Assembly: GCA_963775685.1 (NCBI GenBank)
Contig: CAVZJV010000014.1
Span: forward strand, 1,120,001-1,184,000
Direction of reading: 5' to 3'
DNA: 64,000 nucleotides
Source of the DNA: Candidatus Bathyarchaeota archaeon
Lineage (GTDB): Archaea > Thermoproteota > Bathyarchaeia > Bathyarchaeales > Bathycorpusculaceae
In this document: piece by piece, positions 19,871 to 29,989 of the stretch
How the letters are laid out: the number at the start of each line of letters is the position of its first letter
How positions within the stretch are numbered: position 1 is the stretch's first letter
The notes under the pieces: generated by a model
What the model was told of the DNA's origin: nothing
Databases searched by the model: none
What the model saw: only the letters and a program-made list of their open reading frames with translations
Program-made: the position numbers and the translations under genes

Positions 19871-20299
19871 AATTTCAAAGGCTTTTCTATAACTAAATTG
19901 ATTTTGTTAAAAAAAGCAAGACTTATTCATGCCTAATTTCGACTTACGGTCAATTAAGGCATAGGTTTTTGAATGGAAAAAATGCAAAATAGGTAGTTAG
20001 AATACTCTAAAAGCTTTGGCTAAGAATAAAAGGTTTCGACATCCAAACATTGTAATGTGGTTGTCAGCAAGTCGCTGTTGCAGGGAAATTAATAACCCAC
20101 CTAAAAACAATAATCGCGAATCCTTATCCTCTTGGGATTATCACTTAGCAAACGAGACTACAGTTTTTAACTGTTTTTCTTGATAACGGTCGACGTTGAT
20201 TTAGCCTAATACAAAAACTTACCTTGAATTAATGGAAACCTAAGGTGTGGTCTAACTGCTTTTTGGACTCATAGTCTCAACATTAAACTCTGAATTAAC

Positions 20300-21196
20300 T
20301 TACCGTAGATATCTTTTACAGCTGGGACAATAACGCGCATCCTCATCAACTCTAGAATTACAGAAACGACAAGTAGAAAACGAAAACCACTTAGAGAGCA
20401 AAGATTGCGAACCAACACCACTACCAAGATTATTCTCGACCCTCTTCCCCACAAAAAGACTAACCTCAACCAACGCAAGCAAAGCTAAAAACAAATACAA
20501 ATCACCAATAGGCGTAGCACCAGGTGAAATCAACATTGCCGCAACCGCAAGACCCGCATAAATATACTTCCTATGCTTAGAAACAGACCGTGTATGCACC
20601 ACACCAAACTTAACTAAAACCACAAAAAACGCCGGAATAGTAAAAATAAACCCACTAATAAGGATCGTAAAGAAAACAGTATTATAAAAATCCATAATCG
20701 GAAACAACTCAACCGCATTCACAGCATTATAGAAAGGAACAAAACCCTCAATAAACGACGGCGCCAAAAAGAAAAACCCGAAAACCGCGCCAAACACAAA
20801 AAGAGCTGTTACAGCGGAAACAAACGGAAAAACCGCTTTTTTCTCATGCGGATACAAAGCCGGATCAACAAACTTGTAGGCCTCATAAGCAAACACCGGC
20901 AACGTTATGCCCACTGCGAAGACAACAGCCGCATACGCATAAAGCGTAATAGGATCAGACATAGAATTAGCAAAGAGCTGCATGCCATTGGGCAAAAACA
21001 CGTTAGCAATATAAACCAAAAGAACAGACATCAAGGGCTTATAGTTATTTGTAGTTGCAAAGAAATCAGAATTACCCGGAAGAATGAGCATAACAAAAAG
21101 CGCAACAACAAAAACCGCCAACACAATCTTCATACGCTTTATGAATTCAGTAACGTGACCCCAAAACCCTTCAAAGAAATTTTGTCCTTCAGGCAT
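20300..21196 (-). CDS. tatC: Twin-arginine translocase TatC with C-terminal zinc ribbon
   Basis: HVTEFIKR, YKFVDPALYPHEK, multiple TM helices, ISPG..GD; ends CRFC...CPSC. Confidence 0.9.
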   Translation of the reverse strand: MPEGQNFFEGFWGHVTEFIKRMKIVLAVFVVALFVMLILPGNSDFFATTNNYKPLMSVLLVYIANVFLPNGMQLFANSMSDPITLYAYAAVVFAVGITLPVFAYEAYKFVDPALYPHEKKAVFPFVSAVTALFVFGAVFGFFFLAPSFIEGFVPFYNAVNAVELFPIMDFYNTVFFTILISGFIFTIPAFFVVLVKFGVVHTRSVSKHRKYIYAGLAVAAMLISPGATPIGDLYLFLALLALVEVSLFVGKRVENNLGSGVGSQSLLSKWFSFSTCRFCNSRVDEDARYCPSCKRYLR

Positions 21197-21377
21197 GTCA
21201 TGACGCTCAAGTTTCTTGTTTAAACTTTGTTAATTTTTTGTCTTCACTGCATATTTAATTGTGAAAAATAGAATCCCGATAAGGAGTTTAATGTTTTCAC
21301 TAAGCGAGCGCAACCAATGCTTTTTAAGGGATACTTCTATTTTTCTTGCCAAGAAAAAATAAAGGCTGCACAAGCCA

Positions 21378-21707
21378 TTATTCGGCGCCTAAAAGTTTAA
21401 CTTTAATGGATATTTCTTCAGATATTTGCTCTCGTGTTTTTCCTTCTGTCGGGATGCCTAGTTTTTGTGCAGTTTCTATTAACATTTCATCTTTGGTCTT
21501 TATCGCAGATGAAGAAGTAATTGGAGCCGCGGTAGTGACAGGTTGAGTATCAAGGTTTGCAGCGTTATTGAATTCTTTGGAAGCCTTTCTGAATTCCCCC
21601 TTAGCTTGCCCAAGGGCACGCGCAAATTGAGGGATCTTAGCTGGACCCCACATGATAATAACGATAGCAACAACACCGATAATAATCCATTCCCATCCTT
21701 CTAACAT
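21378..21707 (-). CDS. tatA: Twin-arginine translocase TatA
   Basis: EWIII...WGPAKIPQFARALGQAKGEFRKA. Confidence 0.93.
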   Translation of the reverse strand: MLEGWEWIIIGVVAIVIIMWGPAKIPQFARALGQAKGEFRKASKEFNNAANLDTQPVTTAAPITSSSAIKTKDEMLIETAQKLGIPTEGKTREQISEEISIKVKLLGAE

Positions 21708-21938
21708 GTTTAGAATTCTCCACGATAGTTCTTTAGATTAATTATAGAATATCCGTTTTCTTAAATAGATTTGTTGGTGTATCATACCAACCACAACCGC
21801 TTACTCGTGTGTCTAAATAGATCATCTTTTTAACTCCAAATGTGGGCGTCAACCGAGAAGTAGATAAATACACGGTTGTCTTAATCTGTCAAATAAGCTA
21901 TTAAATTATTTCCAGCAAAAACTTTGGTGGTGTCATAG

Positions 21939-23153
21939 ACGAAATACATACTTATCATCGGAGATGGAATGGCCGATTATCCAATCCCAGAATTAGGCAA
22001 CAAAACCCCTCTCCAAGCAGCCCACAAGCCAAACATGGACGCCATATCCTCCCAAGGTAGAAGCGGTTTAATCAAAACCGTTCCTGACGAGTTAACACCA
22101 GGCTCCGATGCCGCCATATGCTCAGTTTTGGGCTACGATCCTATACGGTATTGCACAGGCAGAGGACCACTTGAAGCGCCTTCAAGAGGCATAAAACTCG
22201 GAAAAAACGATACAGCATACAGATGCAACCTCATAACAGAAAAAGACGGAGCCATCGCCGATTATTCTGCAGGACACATAACAACACATGAGGCATCACA
22301 GTTAATTGCAGCTTTAAAGAATGCATTCGAAAAACCAAACGAAATTGAGTTCTATGTAGGCTTAGACTACAGGCACTATTTGATATTGCGCAACTTTCCC
22401 AACCCCGAACAAATTCAATGCACTCCTCCACACGACGCCACAGGCATAAAAATCTCAGAAGTCATGCCTACAGCAAAAGTACCCCAGGCAGAAAAAGCAG
22501 CACAGATACTCAGGGATCTAATAAACGGTTCTAAACAAATCTTGAAGCCTCACCCAGTAAACGTTGCGAGACAAAGATCCGGCAAACGACCTGGAAACCT
22601 AATTTGGCTTTGGGGTGGCGGCAAAAAACCCTCAATGCCAACCCTCAAGGAAAAGTACGGAATAAAATCAGCCGTTATTTCAGCGGTTGATTTGGTAAAG
22701 GGAATCGGAACTTACGCGGGTATGGAAATTATCAACGTTGAGGGCGCCACGGGGTTGGGCAACACTAATTATGAGGGCAAAGCAGATGCTGCCTTAGAAG
22801 CACTCAAGGACAACGATTTGGTCTTTGTGCATGTTGAAGCACCAGATGAAGCAGGACATTGCCAGGATTATAGGTTGAAAGTAAAAACGATTGAAGATTT
22901 AGATAAACGGTTACTCGGCAGAATCCTCGATGGCTTAAACGAACCATGCACTATCGCAATTCTCCCCGACCATCCAACACCAATCAAAATAGGAACACAC
23001 ACGAGGGAACCTGTACCGTTCTCGATAACTTCACCGAATCTAAAGCCAGATGGTGTCAAAAAGTTTGACGAATTCTCAGCAAAGAAAGGCTCGTTCGGGT
23101 TAGTTGAGAAGGATTATCTTATTTCGCTCCTTCTTAATTCAGGCAAAGCTTAG
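21939..23153 (+). CDS. apgM: 2,3-bisphosphoglycerate-independent phosphoglycerate mutase (ApgM)
   Basis: KYILIIGDGMAD, TPL..A..PNMD, PGSD, HVEAPDEAGH, PDHPTP. The conserved N-terminus begins at ACG 21939. Confidence 0.9.
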   Translation, partial: TKYILIIGDGMADYPIPELGNKTPLQAAHKPNMDAISSQGRSGLIKTVPDELTPGSDAAICSVLGYDPIRYCTGRGPLEAPSRGIKLGKNDTAYRCNLITEKDGAIADYSAGHITTHEASQLIAALKNAFEKPNEIEFYVGLDYRHYLILRNFPNPEQIQCTPPHDATGIKISEVMPTAKVPQAEKAAQILRDLINGSKQILKPHPVNVARQRSGKRPGNLIWLWGGGKKPSMPTLKEKYGIKSAVISAVDLVKGIGTYAGMEIINVEGATGLGNTNYEGKADAALEALKDNDLVFVHVEAPDEAGHCQDYRLKVKTIEDLDKRLLGRILDGLNEPCTIAILPDHPTPIKIGTHTREPVPFSITSPNLKPDGVKKFDEFSAKKGSFGLVEKDYLISLLLNSGKA

Positions 23154-23161
23154 TTTTTGTC

Positions 23162-23473
23162 TTAGGCGGATGATTTTGGGCAATCCTGCTTTGAGTCGAT
23201 ATCTTTCATGCGTTTGTTTATGACTGTTCGAATTTCAGGGTCATATTCGCTTCGCCAAGCGTCGACTAAGAGTTTTTTTGCGATGCTGTGGCTTTTTTCT
23301 CCGAAGAGTTTAGCGAATTTGCTGCTGCGTTTTTCTAGTATACGGTAGTATCGAGGCAGCACGCAAACGAAGTTTAGAGGGTAGCGTTTTGATTTGTCTA
23401 GGTCGACAACGACTAGTTGGATACGGTTTGTTTGTTGACCGGGGTTTTTTATTACATAAAGTTTTAAGTTCAT
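23162..23473 (-). CDS. Hypothetical protein
   Basis: ORF with GGTGA SD before ATG 23473 (MNLKLY); no recognised motif. Confidence 0.65.
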   Translation of the reverse strand: MNLKLYVIKNPGQQTNRIQLVVVDLDKSKRYPLNFVCVLPRYYRILEKRSSKFAKLFGEKSHSIAKKLLVDAWRSEYDPEIRTVINKRMKDIDSKQDCPKSSA

Positions 23474-24093
23474 TTTTTCACCTTTCCCCATGGCTAACTT
23501 GCCAATTATGTGTCAATTACAAGTTAAACTATCCATTATAACATCATATATTCCATGTAGCGTATTAAACTTTACCAAAAACCTACCCAAAACCCTAAAA
23601 ACCCAAACTCTCCGTTATAGGTAAAAAAAGCCTAATACTACAATAAACAGACAACGCAAACATCTATTTTTATGCGTAAAAGCATGTATGTTATTCTTGG
23701 AGAAGGTTACCCTTTTGAAGTGTTACCTTAAACTCTACCGCCTAGTATTTGGCAAATAGACCTCCAGACTTTTTAAGACCTGTTAAGACCACCCTGCAGA
23801 TGTCGAAGCCCTAAATCAAAAAATTAACTCAATTCAAGCCAGAAAAATTTCTGCAAAACAATATTTCTTTCTTATTGATTTAGACAATTATGAGTTTTTA
23901 GTAATAATATATGTTGCCCTTGTGTCCATCCGCTAATCATTAAAGACAAACTGAAATGTCGAAAAACCAGTAAGTATGATGAAAAACATTCCAGCTCTTT
24001 CTTCTGAAGATTGTTTCAAAAATCTGGCAAATTCGCTTTGTTTATGCTAAAGAGTTAAAGCAAACATTTAACGGTAAACTATGACAGAATAAT

Positions 24094-26986
24094 ATGCAAA
24101 CTCAAGCGTCTGATTCTGTCTTCGAGCTGCTTGCTAAACCAGTCTTCAAAGCCTTAGCAAAGTTCGGTTTCACATATTACCCACCTTGCCACAGACTTTG
24201 GCTTTCCCACCAATTCTGGAGGGCAAAAATGTTCTTTTGATTGCGCCAACTGGCACAGGAAAAACTGAAGCTGTTCTTTTACCTATTTTCTCTAAACTGG
24301 TCGAGCAGAAAAACCAAGACCGAAAAGGAATCCAAGTTATTTACATAACGCCGCTTAGAGCTCTTAACCGTGACATGTTTAAACGCTTAACCTTTTGGAG
24401 CCAGCAACTGGACATAACCATAGAGGTCCGCCATGGCGATACAGAGATGAAAATCCGCCGCAAACAAGCCCTAAAACCGCCACAAATGCTTGTCACCACA
24501 CCTGAAACCCTGCAGGCGATTTTGCCAGGCTCCCAAATGCGCCGACACCTCGGCAACGTTCAATGCATCGTTATCGATGAGGTACATGATTTGGCGGAAA
24601 GCAAACGCGGCGCACAATTGAGCATTGCGCTTGAACGAATGGTTGAGGCAACAGGCAAGGAGTTTCAACGCGTCGGTTTGTCCGCAACGGTTGGCAACCC
24701 CGAGGAAGTTGCACGTTTTGTCGTGGGAACTAACCGGGAGATATCTATTGTGCAGGCAGTTTTAGCTAAAAACTACCGTTACCGAGTAGAATACTTAACA
24801 CCAACCGAAAAAGACTACGAATTAGCCGCCAAACTTGAAACCGCACCTGAAGCAGCTGCAAGAATCCGCCGACTGATGGAACTAATCGACAGCCACAAAT
24901 CCACACTGGTTTTTGTGAACAGCCGCACCATCGTCGAACTCCTTGGACACAGATTTGACCAACTCAACCGCCAAGACATCGCCGTCCACCATGGCTCGCT
25001 TTCACGTGAAGAGCGAGTTGCCACTGAAGATGCCTTCAAATCGGGGCAACTTAAAGCAATCATCTGCACCAGCACACTTGAGTTGGGCATTGACATCGGT
25101 AACGTTGATTTAGTCATCCAGTACATGTCTCCAAGGCAGGTCAGCAGCCTAATCCAACGTGTGGGCAGAAGCGGACACAGCCTAGAGCGGCTCTCCGAAG
25201 GTGTAATCGTTACCGCTTACCCAGACGACACCTTGGAATCCATCGCGGCAGTCGCAAACGCCAAAGCCAACAAGATTGAACCAGTCATTTTCCACAAAAA
25301 TGCCCTGGATGTTTTGGCGCATCAAATTGCTGGAGTCCTCATGGACAAACAAACCATCACTCAAGAGGAACTCTTAGCTTTAATCCAACGGGCTTATCCA
25401 TACAGTACCCTAACTGAAGAAAAACTCCAAGACGTCGTGCAGTTTTTAGAAAGCATACACAAACTAAGAACCGAAGGGGAAGGGAAAGTTTTGAAAAAAA
25501 AAGGACGAACACGCGAATACTACTACAACAACCTATCCATGATACCCGACGAAAAACGCTATCCGGTAATCAACATAATTAGCGACCGAAAAATCGGCAC
25601 TTTAGGTGACGAATTCATGACCCTGCACGCTCGGGTGGGCTTGCATTTTGTTATGCGTGGGAAAGTTTGGCGCATCATCAACATTGAAGATGAAACGGGG
25701 ACGGTACATGTTTTGCCTGCGGAAGACCCTGCGGCGGCGATTCCAGGGTGGGATGGAGAAATTTTGCCTGTGCCATTTGGTTTAGCGCAGCAAACCGGTG
25801 TCATGCGGGAAAAAGTAGGTAGTTTGCTTAGGCAGCGTAAGAAGCCTGAGGCAGCGACAGAAGAGTTAGCCTTGGAATTGAAGACTGACAAAGAAACACT
25901 TGTTGACACTGCTTTGGAGATTGATGAGCACCTAAAGGAGGGCACACCATTGCCCACGCAGAACCGAATAGTTATAGAAGCGTTGGATCGCTACATTGTT
26001 GTTCATGCATGTTTTGGCGAGTTGGTTAACCGTACGTTTGGTGGGATTTTTGATTCGGTGCTCTCGGACCCGGAAGCCATTACGGGCTGGTGGACGGATG
26101 GCTACCGCATCCTAATCGAAACTTCCCATAAGCCTTCGCGCCAAGAAGTTGAGGGTTTGCAGAAAGAGCTATTAGATTTATCTGATGAGCGCGTGGATGA
26201 GGCTTTTCTTAATTACGTGAACTCCAAATTCCCATTTGTTTCCCGAATGAAAGCCATCGCAGAACGCTTCGGCGCTTTGCCACGAGGAAAAACCTTAGCC
26301 CACTCGGACCGGGCAGAAAAACTCAAAGCTGCCTTCGAAGGCACGCCCATTTACGATGAGACACTGCGGGAAGCCATGATGGATAAAGTGGACCTGCTGC
26401 AGGTAAAGCTGATATTGCATGACATAAGAGACGGAAAAATAACTGTTACAACCGTTACTCGCCAGAAACCTTCGCCACTGGCATATCACATTTTGGCGCA
26501 GTACGCTGACACCGCCGAACTCATGGCGCCTGAACGGTTACTTTTAACAAACATTGACCGCATGAAACGCTCCATCGACGCCAGAACCGCAAAACTTCTC
26601 TGCATGAACTGTGGCGCATGGACCAAACAGGCCCGCATAAAAGATTTAGCTGAGGAGCCTGAATGCGAAAACTGCCGCTCCCGTCTCTTAACGCTGCTGT
26701 ATTTCAGTCAAAATGCGGATAAGCTGGTGGAGGATTTGCGGAAGCGTCGAGAAGGCAAAGATCTAACGCCTGAGGAGCTCAAGGATCTTAGCAATGCCAG
26801 ACGTAAGGCGGATTTGATTTTGAGCTACGGGAAGCAAGCGGTGCGTGCGTTGCAGGTGAAAGGGGTTGGTCCAGAAACTGCTTCGCGAATTTTGGGGCGC
26901 ATGCACCCTAAAGAAGATAACTCTACATGGATTTGCTTAAAGCGAAGGTTCAGTATTTGCGGACAAGAGAATTCTGGGATAAATAG
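24094..26986 (+). CDS. lhr: Lhr-like DEAD/DEAH helicase with C-terminal Zn finger and HhH; frameshifts near both ends
   Basis: APTGTGKT, DEVH, SAT, HHGS, QRVGRSGH, CMNC..CENC, GVGPETA. The N-terminus MQTQASDSVFELL (24094) and the C-terminus YMDLLKAKVQYLRTREFWDK are in other frames. Confidence 0.88.
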
Positions 26987-27043
26987 CAAATTAGTTGGAA
27001 CTTAAAAAAAGAAGAAAGGGAAGATTGATTTTTGGTGTGTGGT

Positions 27044-29686
27044 TTATGGTCGTTTCTTTAGTGTTAAGAAAAGCACTGCAAAGCCGATGATTATTACTGC
27101 AATGATTGCAATGACTGAAGGAACGAAGTATGTCTCGACGAGAGATGCGGGAGCAGGTGTTGGTGCAGTTGTTGGGTGAGCGCCACTGACGTAGAAGGCG
27201 TTTTGTGCTGTTGATCCCCAGTAGCCGTTGGTGCCAGCGAAGTTTGCGAAGACAGTGTAGTCTCCAGGTATGTCAGGCATCCATGTGAAGCTGTATGCGC
27301 CTGTTGAAGAGGTGGTTGTGGTGCCGATGGTTCGGTAGTTGCCGTTAGAGTCCAGAACATCTATTGTTACTGGAACGCCGGTGAAGTCGGTTGGAGCTGG
27401 GAATTGATCGTAGACGTGGCTCATCCAGGAACCCATGCTTGCGTCAGAGGCAACTGGAACTCCGTTTGGATAGTTTGCTTTTATTGTTGCTTGCTGCATG
27501 CCAGCGGAAACATCGGTTACTGTACCCTTAATTACTAAGGGTGTTCCGATTGGAACTGCGATGTCGGGTGCTGAAACTGTGGTAGCGCTGGGTCCTCTGC
27601 CGACGCTGTACATTTGTCCGTCGTACTCGTTGAAGAAGGTCAGGTAGCCTTCTGCGACTGCTCCTAGTTGGGAGTAGAAGCTTGTAGAAACTGGCCAGGC
27701 GTTTAATGCCCATATTTGTTGACCCGTGGTTATGTTTATGCAGCGGATCATTTCACCCTGTTCTGGTGGCTCGATTGGTGAGTGCTCGCTGTTGAAGAGT
27801 ATTGCCGTGCCGCCGACAACTGAGCCTATGAAGGTCGGGTAGTTGCCGTAGGGGGCTATTGTGCCGCTGTTAGTGCTGTTATCAGAACCAATAGGTCCGT
27901 TACCGTAGGTCCAAAGAAGTTTCCCGTTTGTATCATCGACACCGTAAGTGACTCCACCCCATCCAGTAGTGACTAGTATTCCGTTGGTTGCAACTCCTTG
28001 GTTAGTTAAAGCAGCTTGGAATAGTTGCCAGTTTGTTCCTTGATCCATGGTGAATGGACCCCAAACTTGTTCTCCGGTAAGTAGGCTGAAGCCGTAGATT
28101 TGGAAGGTCTCTTTGTCATACATCATGAATATGTTAGTGGATGCATCAAGCCCATAGTACAGTCGTGTAATGTTGCTGGCTAGCCCAGGATAGTTTTTGG
28201 TCCAAAGTACCTGTCCCAAGGAATCTGGTGCTAAGCTAATGGCTGAAACATTGTAGGGCAGGGTTTCGCCGTAAGCGAGGGGTGTGTTGCTGACTCCGCG
28301 TGCGCCTGATGAGGTCGCAGTAGAGACGAGTACCAGATCGTCTGGAACAGCGTCGATAATTGTGGATCCCGGAGTAATTGGTGTAGTTAGCGTTTTGTTC
28401 CATGAGTATGCAGCTCTCATATCTATGACCTTTCCAACTGTTCTCCACTCAAGACCGCTTGCGCCTTCGCCTGTTGATAAGAACTCCCCAGCTTGGTTTA
28501 CGTTTGTGCCGTTGTAGTAGCCTGCTGTATTATTCCAGTCAGCGAGCCACGTTCCTTTGGGATCTAAAATGTATTTCACTATCTCGCCTGTTGTGCCGTA
28601 TCTTAGAGTGCCAGATGGAACGTTTGTCAGGTTGAATAGCCAGTTTCCTGTCATGCCATCGTATGCGATCCATGTGCTACCACTTACTGCCCAAAGCCAC
28701 CCAGGAAGTACTCCGTGCTGGTTGATGCTGTCGTATCCGTATAATTGTCCAAAAGTTGGGTTAACAGTGTAGTCTTGCTTCCATAATTGTTGTCCGGTTC
28801 GTAGGTCAACGCAGACATAGCCGCCACCTGTGGCTTGGTGGTTGAGGGGTAACTCGTAGTAGAGGTATCCTGCCATAATTATTGGATTGATGTTTCTTTC
28901 TTCGTAAGACATACCTTCGTAGAATGTGTATGAACCGCCTTGGTATGAACCGAACTTCGTTGCGCCGCTGGTATAGGCTCCTCCAACGATTCCGCCAAAT
29001 TGAATCGACTCAGTCCACATTATGTGTGAGGTGAGAGGCCCAGAACCGATTGGCTGCAAATTATTTACAACTGCTGGAGGTGTATATAGCCAATTTGAGA
29101 GCAGTGCACCCCATGAAGACAATTGAGAGTTTACTGGCCGACTCCAATATTCTATTGGAAGCGGATAACCTGTCTGTCCCGGAACGGGGTCTGTTTGCAC
29201 AACGAAAGCGGTTGATGCGCTGCTGGGCATGTAGTAGTCACCAACATATGGGTCATTTGTACCATTTAATCCGTTTATTGGATTGGCTAATCTTGCAGTT
29301 TGGCCGCCGAAGTTAAAGTCCACAATGTACGTACCAAGTTGGTCTGGTACAAACGGATAATCAGTTGCCGATGTAGGTCCGGCGGTGTATGGTCCCAGCG
29401 AAGTAATTGTTCCATCAGGCGCTGTAATCTTAAGCGTGTAGTTTTGCCACCTGTCACCTGTGATGCCGCTAGCTGAGGGATTCAGGTTCTCAATCCACAT
29501 GACAATGAGTGCTGTTTGGCCGATGCCTACAGGGTTTGGTGAAACATTGACATAAGCCACCGTTGCAATGTCCCAAGGTGGACTATGTGCGTTAGTGTTT
29601 GGTAATAGTGTCATTGAAGCTGCCATTGAAATTGTTAGCAGAGCCACAATCGTAATGGTTATAGTTTTATTTTTTATTTTTTGCAT
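27044..29686 (-). CDS. Large secreted PQQ-like beta-propeller surface protein with C-terminal TM anchor
   Basis: Signal peptide; PNPVGIGQ; repeated D..TG...W propeller blades; Ig-like C-domain; PT linker, TM and KKRP. Confidence 0.85.
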   Translation of the reverse strand: MQKIKNKTITITIVALLTISMAASMTLLPNTNAHSPPWDIATVAYVNVSPNPVGIGQTALIVMWIENLNPSASGITGDRWQNYTLKITAPDGTITSLGPYTAGPTSATDYPFVPDQLGTYIVDFNFGGQTARLANPINGLNGTNDPYVGDYYMPSSASTAFVVQTDPVPGQTGYPLPIEYWSRPVNSQLSSWGALLSNWLYTPPAVVNNLQPIGSGPLTSHIMWTESIQFGGIVGGAYTSGATKFGSYQGGSYTFYEGMSYEERNINPIIMAGYLYYELPLNHQATGGGYVCVDLRTGQQLWKQDYTVNPTFGQLYGYDSINQHGVLPGWLWAVSGSTWIAYDGMTGNWLFNLTNVPSGTLRYGTTGEIVKYILDPKGTWLADWNNTAGYYNGTNVNQAGEFLSTGEGASGLEWRTVGKVIDMRAAYSWNKTLTTPITPGSTIIDAVPDDLVLVSTATSSGARGVSNTPLAYGETLPYNVSAISLAPDSLGQVLWTKNYPGLASNITRLYYGLDASTNIFMMYDKETFQIYGFSLLTGEQVWGPFTMDQGTNWQLFQAALTNQGVATNGILVTTGWGGVTYGVDDTNGKLLWTYGNGPIGSDNSTNSGTIAPYGNYPTFIGSVVGGTAILFNSEHSPIEPPEQGEMIRCINITTGQQIWALNAWPVSTSFYSQLGAVAEGYLTFFNEYDGQMYSVGRGPSATTVSAPDIAVPIGTPLVIKGTVTDVSAGMQQATIKANYPNGVPVASDASMGSWMSHVYDQFPAPTDFTGVPVTIDVLDSNGNYRTIGTTTTSSTGAYSFTWMPDIPGDYTVFANFAGTNGYWGSTAQNAFYVSGAHPTTAPTPAPASLVETYFVPSVIAIIAVIIIGFAVLFLTLKKRP

Positions 29687-29989
29687 TTATTTTCTTTCCT
29701 TATAATTTCATGTGGCAAGAACCTTAATTCTTAACCACACAATTCCAGAATTGTTGTCACGCTAATAAAATTATGGTAAAGATGCACTGACGACAAAATT
29801 CAATATTATAACCGAAAAAAGTTAGCTGATAAAAAAACAAAACTAAAAACATATAGCACCTTCAAAGTGATACCGGTTTAAAGCAAGAGTTCAGAAGGGG
29901 GTAAAGAACCCTCTCAGTACAAGTAATATCTAACCCTTGCAAGGTTTTAATAGGCTCATCGCTTGACTTTTGGATTAGCCGTGGTCAAC

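Noticed and set aside
21924-21941. Amber (pyrrolysine) read-through from TTG-GTG-GTG-TCA-TAG into apgM
   Set aside because: TAG is used as a normal stop in several genes here, no pyl genes are in the window, and the GGTGGTG is better read as the SD.
23976-24030. C/D box sRNA candidate (ATGATGA...CTGA)
   Set aside because: Spacer is too long, and there is no convincing C' box or terminal D box.
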